Assembly: GCA_030248215.1 (NCBI GenBank)
Contig: JASANG010003711.1
Location: 682,001 to 746,000, forward strand
Direction of reading: 5' to 3'
DNA from: Enoplolaimus lenunculus
Lineage: Eukaryota
Length of the DNA stretch: 64,000 nt
Part shown: positions 60,301 to 64,000 of the stretch, one piece after another
Numbering within the stretch: the stretch's first letter is position 1
How the letters are laid out: every line of letters starts with the position of its first letter
Notes under the pieces: model-generated
What the model was told of the DNA's origin: nothing
The model's input: only the letters and a program-made list of their open reading frames with translations
Database searches by the model: none
Made by a program: the position numbers and the translations under genes

Positions 60301-63300
60301 TTATACAATCAACCAGTTGTTCAATGATGTATTGCTCACTTTTCCTCCAGGCAAACCCATTTGTCCTGGCTCTCCTCGTTGTCCAGGCAGGCCGACGTCA
60401 CCGTTTGAACCAGGTGCACCAGGTTCACCTCGCGGGCCTTGTTCACCCTAAAAATCTGAGCGATAGTTAGGGCACAAGTTATCAAACGATTCTATCATGT
60501 CAATTGGCAACACGGTTTGTCTACTCAACAACAAACGATTGGTTACAGTTACGCAAAGGCTTCGCCGTTGGGTGTTGTCCGAACCAGAAAACTGGACACG
60601 TGCCATTGCTTACATTTAATCAGTTCCGTCTTGATTGTCTGGACAAACAGTCCTGTGCTTTAATTTGTTTGGTTTCGTGCGCGCTTCCAGTCAAAATTCT
60701 ACGCAGTTGTTCAGTTTGTACCAAAATTAGCATTTTTTTGTGAAAATAGAATTTTTCAACATGTATCTATCTATAACACATACACGCGTAAATCTTCAAC
60801 TTATAAAACAAGGTACCATTGGTGTCTACATAGTAATAAGGCGATATTCAAATATTCATTACGTACTCACCCGTGGTCCTCGAATACCAGGCTCACCAAT
60901 TGGACCGTCTTTGCCGGGCGAACCAGGCAAACCTGTGTTTCCTGGTTTGCCTTGATTTCCTTTTTGACCAGTGCGTCCCTGAAACAAAAGTTCCATTGCA
61001 ATGAGGGAAAATTGCCAATATATTGCTTGGTTATATGTATATAACGCAATTATAAGCACAGATGTAGAAAACTGGTTGTATTTTCGCCCATATCATTAGT
61101 GTGGACTTGTATTAATAAACGAAACTTCGTTTTACATGCAAAATGTCAAAAGACGTATATGTTGACTGACATAACACTAGGAATAGTCATGATTACGACG
61201 GGCCAGTGATATTTTAAATTCAGAGCCGCAACTACGATTGGGGCGAAGCAGGCCAACAGTCTTTTGGGATATTTTCGTTCCCCAAAATGAAAATTTTCCG
61301 AATGCATTTAAGGAACTGTATTTTAGAATGAGTTTTGTAGCCTGTGTAAAAAACGTTCTATCCAGTCTAAAAATTGAATCTGGTTGCTCGGGAGTTTTAA
61401 TTCGGCAATTGTTCACTCACCGTTTCCATATAAAGTTTGCCCCACACTTATAACGAACCTGAGTTTAAGCCTAAGCGTGAGAAAAATCTTATGCTTAAAC
61501 GTAAACCTAAACCTAAACGCGTGATAATAAAACAATATAAGCAGTGCGGGAAAGTTTTTTCGACTTCTACTAAATTTACAACACTGCAAATGTAAGCAAA
61601 CAAGTACAATTAAATTGCATAAATTTCTTTAAAAATCACAGCCATATATGCTTCGTGCATTAGGTACTTACCGTAAGCCCTTGGATGCCTTCGTTGCCAG
61701 GAGCACCACGCTGTCCAGGTTCGCCAATCAAACCAGGAAGTCCACGCTCGCCTTGATATCCACGTTCGCCCTATATAATAAGAATATATAAATATTTCGA
61801 TGATTGAAAATTTGGAAGAAACTAAAGTTCGTTATAATACGTCTATATGGTACGTTTTCAGTTTTTTGATAGCGTTTAAATTTTAAGTTTCGATTATAAA
61901 TCTTTTTAACAGTCAGCTTGAAACCAAACACGAAGCAGAAAGAGTGCAAGATGAAGTTCACCCGTCAGCAAAAATTAAGTGATATCTAGAAACGATTCAA
62001 CCTCGCATATAGGTCATGACAAATTCTTGCATGCCCCTCTGAGCCGTTTCTAGCCCCCCCTCGTCCTCCGTGGCATGTTGAGCCGGCTGTACACTCGTGT
62101 TGAATCAATACATAGGTATCGGTAAAATCAAGGAACCGATATCGGTATATAAAGTACTTTGACATACCGATACTTTTAATTTTAGTGTATTTTTATACAA
62201 ATTGACCTGAATTTAAGAAAAGATAAGTGTTTTACAATGGGGCAGTGGAGCACAGAGCGGCGTTGCGACATATAAGCGAATTAATTAAAGACCTGGTTAC
62301 ATTTTAGAGCACGAACGTAAATATTTTGCATTACTCACTGTGGTAGGCTGCGGGCGAGTGTGGGGGCAAAAGGCAAGCCCCCCAAATACCAAGAACAAAA
62401 AAGATATACGGTGAACTTGAAGGAAAATGCCATTTTTCGTCCTTCAAAATTTGTCTTTCTGCTCTTTGGGACCTCAACTACGTATCAGTTATATACAAAA
62501 GTAACAAATAGTTCAGGTGTAGCGTACGCTGCACGAACCTACAATTCATCTGCAAAGCAAAATCTGGTATAAATTTTACTTTGACAAAAAAGTTGGCAAA
62601 GGTCAATTGGGGGGACGTGTAGGAGGAAGAAAAGAAATTAGGATGCGAAGGACCCCGCCTCGGCATTTGATAAATTACACACTGACGATATATATTTAAT
62701 TTCATATTTACTTCGAACTTTTCCCGTACATGGAATGCGCTATACTTGTCGTGCCGCGTGTCTGTTTATTTCCGGATGTATGTTTTCTCCAATATAAAAA
62801 TGAGTTTATGGTGATTATTCAGCCCCGTAGCCGGCTCACATTGCTAAGAGATGGGGGTAAAATTTTTCAGGAAGAGCATTCAAAGGTTTTCAATGACTTG
62901 CAAGCAAGGTTGAAAAGTTTCTCGGGGGGGGGGGTAAATTCTTCTACGGGGCTCAGCCCTCCTGCCCTCACCCCTTGACTACGGGCCCGTGATTATTCAC
63001 CAAGAAAATTGTTCGCGTTCATCGACTACAAGACAGTGACAAAATACCGTAAAATTTAAGCGCTACTTACTCGTTCTCCTTGTGGGCCAGGCGGTCCCAA
63101 TGGTCCTTCTGGTCCAGGCTCTCCATCTTTTCCATCTTGTCCAGGCAGCCCTGCAGGACCGACCAAACCCTGTAAATACGAAAATGCATATAAAACAAGG
63201 CAGAGTTAAACTACACTGTCTAAATATTAATTTTTATGCTTACATGGGAAATGCTTGAAGTATGAAACAAACCTACTGTTTACACACCAATGGTCAAAGA

Positions 63301-63710
63301 AAGAGGTAAATTTTATAACGAAACAATTCGATTTTTCGCAGATTGGTGGTCAATATGTAAACTGTATTGACTCGCACTCAAGGAAGCCGCTAGCACAACC
63401 ATGAGCAACCCGAGTACACCCCGCGCTGGATTAACAGTTTCGTGACCTACTCACAAAGTGCCAATTATAGCATAAAATACTGTTCGGTTTGTATATTTGT
63501 GCGCGGAACTTAATCACAAATCAACCGGACACTTTCGATACCGGATCAAAAAATGACACCGGAAGTTTCCGGTCGAACGTTGGCGACTGGATTCATAAAA
63601 GTTCCATTTGAATAAAATTAAGTAGATTTGTGGCATTTTTGTTGCTGTAAACCAACCTGGAATCCGCGTTGGCCGACAGCTCCTTCAGGCCCGACTTCAC
63701 CAGGAAGGCC
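41538..63710 (-). CDS. gene model (5'-partial): clade A-like fibrillar procollagen alpha chain, 28 exons in window
   Basis: 21 phase-0 Gly-X-Y exons (1710 nt, 190 uninterrupted triplets; mostly 54/99/108/216 nt), telopeptide KGPSYYADDAN, COLFI motifs NPARTC, DPNQG, QNLTYHC, DGC, RLP, GPVCFL*; gene continues beyond the window end. Confidence 0.95.
42283..42442. mobile_element. MITE family B2
   Basis: GGCCCATGTAAAGATCAG ... TTTACATTGGCC; CTTAGG repeats; TSD CTTAATCG/CACAATCG. Confidence 0.75.
43555..43758. mobile_element. MITE family B (reverse orientation)
   Basis: CCATGTTACTTCAAGGGGCGT ... AACATTGGC; (CTTAGG)n core; boundaries approximate. Confidence 0.7.
43911..44131. mobile_element. Harbinger-like MITE family D
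   Basis: GGCCTATAATCTCAAATGTG ... CACATTTCAAAATACGGCC. Confidence 0.6.
45549..45826. mobile_element. PIF/Harbinger-like MITE family C
   Basis: TTA|AGCCGTATTCACACATGCAAG ... GTGTGAATAGGGCT|TTA. Confidence 0.8.
45888..46103 (-). CDS. fibrillar collagen COLFI exon [14 protein letters not shown]...[11 protein letters not shown]...VVEDGCK
   Basis: 216 nt, phase 0, GT-AG; conserved NxT-YHC glycosylation site. Confidence 0.95.
46209..46369. mobile_element. MITE family B2
   Basis: GGCCAATGTAACGAACACGGGCGGAAC ... GATCTTTACATGGGTC. Confidence 0.7.
46522..46596 (-). CDS. fibrillar collagen COLFI exon [25 protein letters not shown]
   Basis: 75 nt, phase 0, GT-AG. Confidence 0.92.
46657..46923. mobile_element. 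piggyBac-like MITE carrying a tRNA-like cassette (copy 2)
   Basis: TTAA|CCCTTTCTCACAT ... ATGTGAGAAGGGG|TTAT; homologous to 9209-9470. Confidence 0.8.
47089..47192 (-). CDS. fibrillar collagen COLFI exon (G)[34 protein letters not shown]
   Basis: 104 nt, phase 1 to 0, GT-AG. Confidence 0.95.
47498..47630 (-). CDS. fibrillar collagen COLFI exon [44 protein letters not shown](G)
   Basis: 133 nt, phase 0 to 1, donor GTAAGT. Confidence 0.95.
48679..49088. repeat. 82-bp tandem repeat, 5 near-identical units (intronic minisatellite)
   Basis: ACCGACT recurs at 48691, 48773, 48855, 48937 and 49019. Confidence 0.95.
49154..49213 (-). CDS. fibrillar collagen exon [20 protein letters not shown] (BMP1/tolloid-type cleavage site)
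   Basis: 60 nt, phase 0; ADDAN matches the COL1A1 C-proteinase site context. Confidence 0.88.
49795..50014. mobile_element. Harbinger-like MITE family D
   Basis: GGCCCGCATTCTTAAATGTGT ... ATACATTTGAGAATACGGGCC. Confidence 0.7.
50428..50496 (-). CDS. fibrillar collagen C-telopeptide exon [23 protein letters not shown]
   Basis: 69 nt, phase 0, donor GTAAGT. Confidence 0.85.
50753..50971. mobile_element. PIF/Harbinger-like MITE family C (internally deleted)
   Basis: AGCCCTATTCACACGTGCAAG ... CTTGCACGTCTGAATAGGGTT. Confidence 0.75.
51328..51345 (-). CDS. fibrillar collagen 18-nt micro-exon GAPGES (end of triple helix)
   Basis: TTTTAG / GTAAGT, phase 0. Confidence 0.85.
51693..51764 (-). CDS. 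fibrillar collagen exon [24 protein letters not shown]
   Basis: 72 nt, phase 0. Confidence 0.93.
52004..52189. mobile_element. MITE family B (Merlin-like)
   Basis: GGCCCATGTCACTTT ... AAAGTAACATTGGCC with perfect 8-bp TSD GATTCTTT. Confidence 0.85.
52221..52292 (-). CDS. fibrillar collagen exon [24 protein letters not shown]
   Basis: 72 nt, phase 0. Confidence 0.93.
52739..52792 (-). CDS. fibrillar collagen exon [18 protein letters not shown]
   Basis: 54 nt, phase 0. Confidence 0.93.
53243..53296 (-). CDS. fibrillar collagen exon [18 protein letters not shown]
   Basis: 54 nt, phase 0. Confidence 0.93.
53632..53685 (-). CDS. fibrillar collagen exon [18 protein letters not shown]
   Basis: 54 nt, phase 0. 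Confidence 0.92.
54070..54123 (-). CDS. fibrillar collagen exon [18 protein letters not shown]
   Basis: 54 nt, phase 0. Confidence 0.93.
54219..54307. repeat. (AAT)n/(AAC)n compound microsatellite
   Basis: Direct inspection. Confidence 0.9.
54615..54668 (-). CDS. fibrillar collagen exon [18 protein letters not shown]
   Basis: 54 nt, phase 0. Confidence 0.93.
55133..55240 (-). CDS. fibrillar collagen exon GKDGIPGAQ...GEKGNPGLL
   Basis: 108 nt, phase 0. Confidence 0.93.
55576..55791 (-). CDS. fibrillar collagen exon GPKGDVGPV...GPRGDQGFR...GRPGQD
   Basis: 216 nt (4x54), phase 0; contains RGD. Confidence 0.94.
56689..56796 (-). CDS. fibrillar collagen exon GEPGERGVP...GPEGPLGPP
   Basis: 108 nt, phase 0. 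Confidence 0.93.
57062..57115 (-). CDS. fibrillar collagen exon [18 protein letters not shown]
   Basis: 54 nt, phase 0. Confidence 0.93.
57444..57497 (-). CDS. fibrillar collagen exon [18 protein letters not shown]
   Basis: 54 nt, phase 0. Confidence 0.93.
57987..58040 (-). CDS. fibrillar collagen exon [18 protein letters not shown]
   Basis: 54 nt, phase 0. Confidence 0.93.
58812..58919 (-). CDS. fibrillar collagen exon GTNGVDGAK...GPQGDKGDK
   Basis: 108 nt, phase 0. Confidence 0.93.
59488..59595 (-). CDS. fibrillar collagen exon GDRGLPGLV...GISGLPGSQ
   Basis: 108 nt, phase 0. Confidence 0.93.
60340..60447 (-). CDS. fibrillar collagen exon GEQGPRGEP...GQMGLPGGK
   Basis: 108 nt, phase 0. 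Confidence 0.93.
60871..60978 (-). CDS. fibrillar collagen exon GRTGQKGNQ...GEPGIRGPR
   Basis: 108 nt, phase 0. Confidence 0.93.
61672..61770 (-). CDS. fibrillar collagen exon GERGYQGER...GNEGIQGLT
   Basis: 99 nt, phase 0. Confidence 0.93.
63071..63169 (-). CDS. fibrillar collagen exon GLVGPAGLP...GPPGPQGER
   Basis: 99 nt, phase 0. Confidence 0.93.
63657..63710 (-). CDS. fibrillar collagen exon [18 protein letters not shown] (most 5' exon in window)
   Basis: 54 nt, phase 0. Confidence 0.92.
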
Positions 63711-64000
63711 CTGTAAACAAAAATGCAAAATAATCAGAGAACAGCGGACAGCGCATGATACAACAGCGAAACTGCTGGCTTTTGAATCCAACTGTCGCTT
63801 TTAAACTGCAGGAATTTCTCGAATCAAGCGATTCATTTTTAGGACACATTTCCATCTCAAAGATCCCAGCAGTGTAAACTTCATCCATCCTTAATGGTAT
63901 GGTATACAGTTACAGCACAATCTTAAGCATAATCCTAAGACTAATCTTAACCCTAAAGTTAGGCCAAAATCTGAACTTGTCGAAAAGCTGTAGGCAATAG

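Noticed and set aside
60740..60955. Plus-strand ORF with [11 protein letters not shown] (also 55621-55899, 56544-56813)
   Set aside because: Antisense shadows of minus-strand collagen exons
1..64000. Prokaryotic or phage systems, rRNA, autonomous transposase or reverse transcriptase genes
   Set aside because: No long ORFs, operons, rRNA-like sequence or DDE/RT motifs seen

Overview
AT-rich, intron-rich animal genomic DNA with no prokaryotic operon structure. It looks like an invertebrate chordate such as an ascidian, but the taxon cannot be proven from the sequence. Most ORFs in the track are spurious. Three minus-strand spliced genes can be rebuilt by hand from GT-AG junctions. (1) The 3' part of a clade A-like fibrillar procollagen: 28 exons at 63710->41538, with 190 uninterrupted Gly-X-Y triplets, a C-telopeptide with a YYADDAN BMP1-type site and a complete COLFI C-propeptide that has only 6 Cys. 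(2) A small secreted prepropeptide at 35081->33625, carrying a tachykinin-related GFLGSR-G-KR motif and a second YYGSR-G-stop motif. (3) A compact type II transmembrane (MACIT, collagen XIII/XXIII/XXV-like) collagen at about 25779->7768, with a TM helix, RLKR furin site, the GLDxxCPxGPDG NC4 signature and an unusual C-terminal extension. A plus-strand acidic ORF with a BESS-like end lies at 2315-2857. Introns and intergenic DNA are dense with non-autonomous DNA transposons (Tc1/mariner-, Merlin-, Harbinger-, hAT-, piggyBac- and EnSpm-like), tRNA-derived cassettes, an 82-bp satellite and microsatellites.
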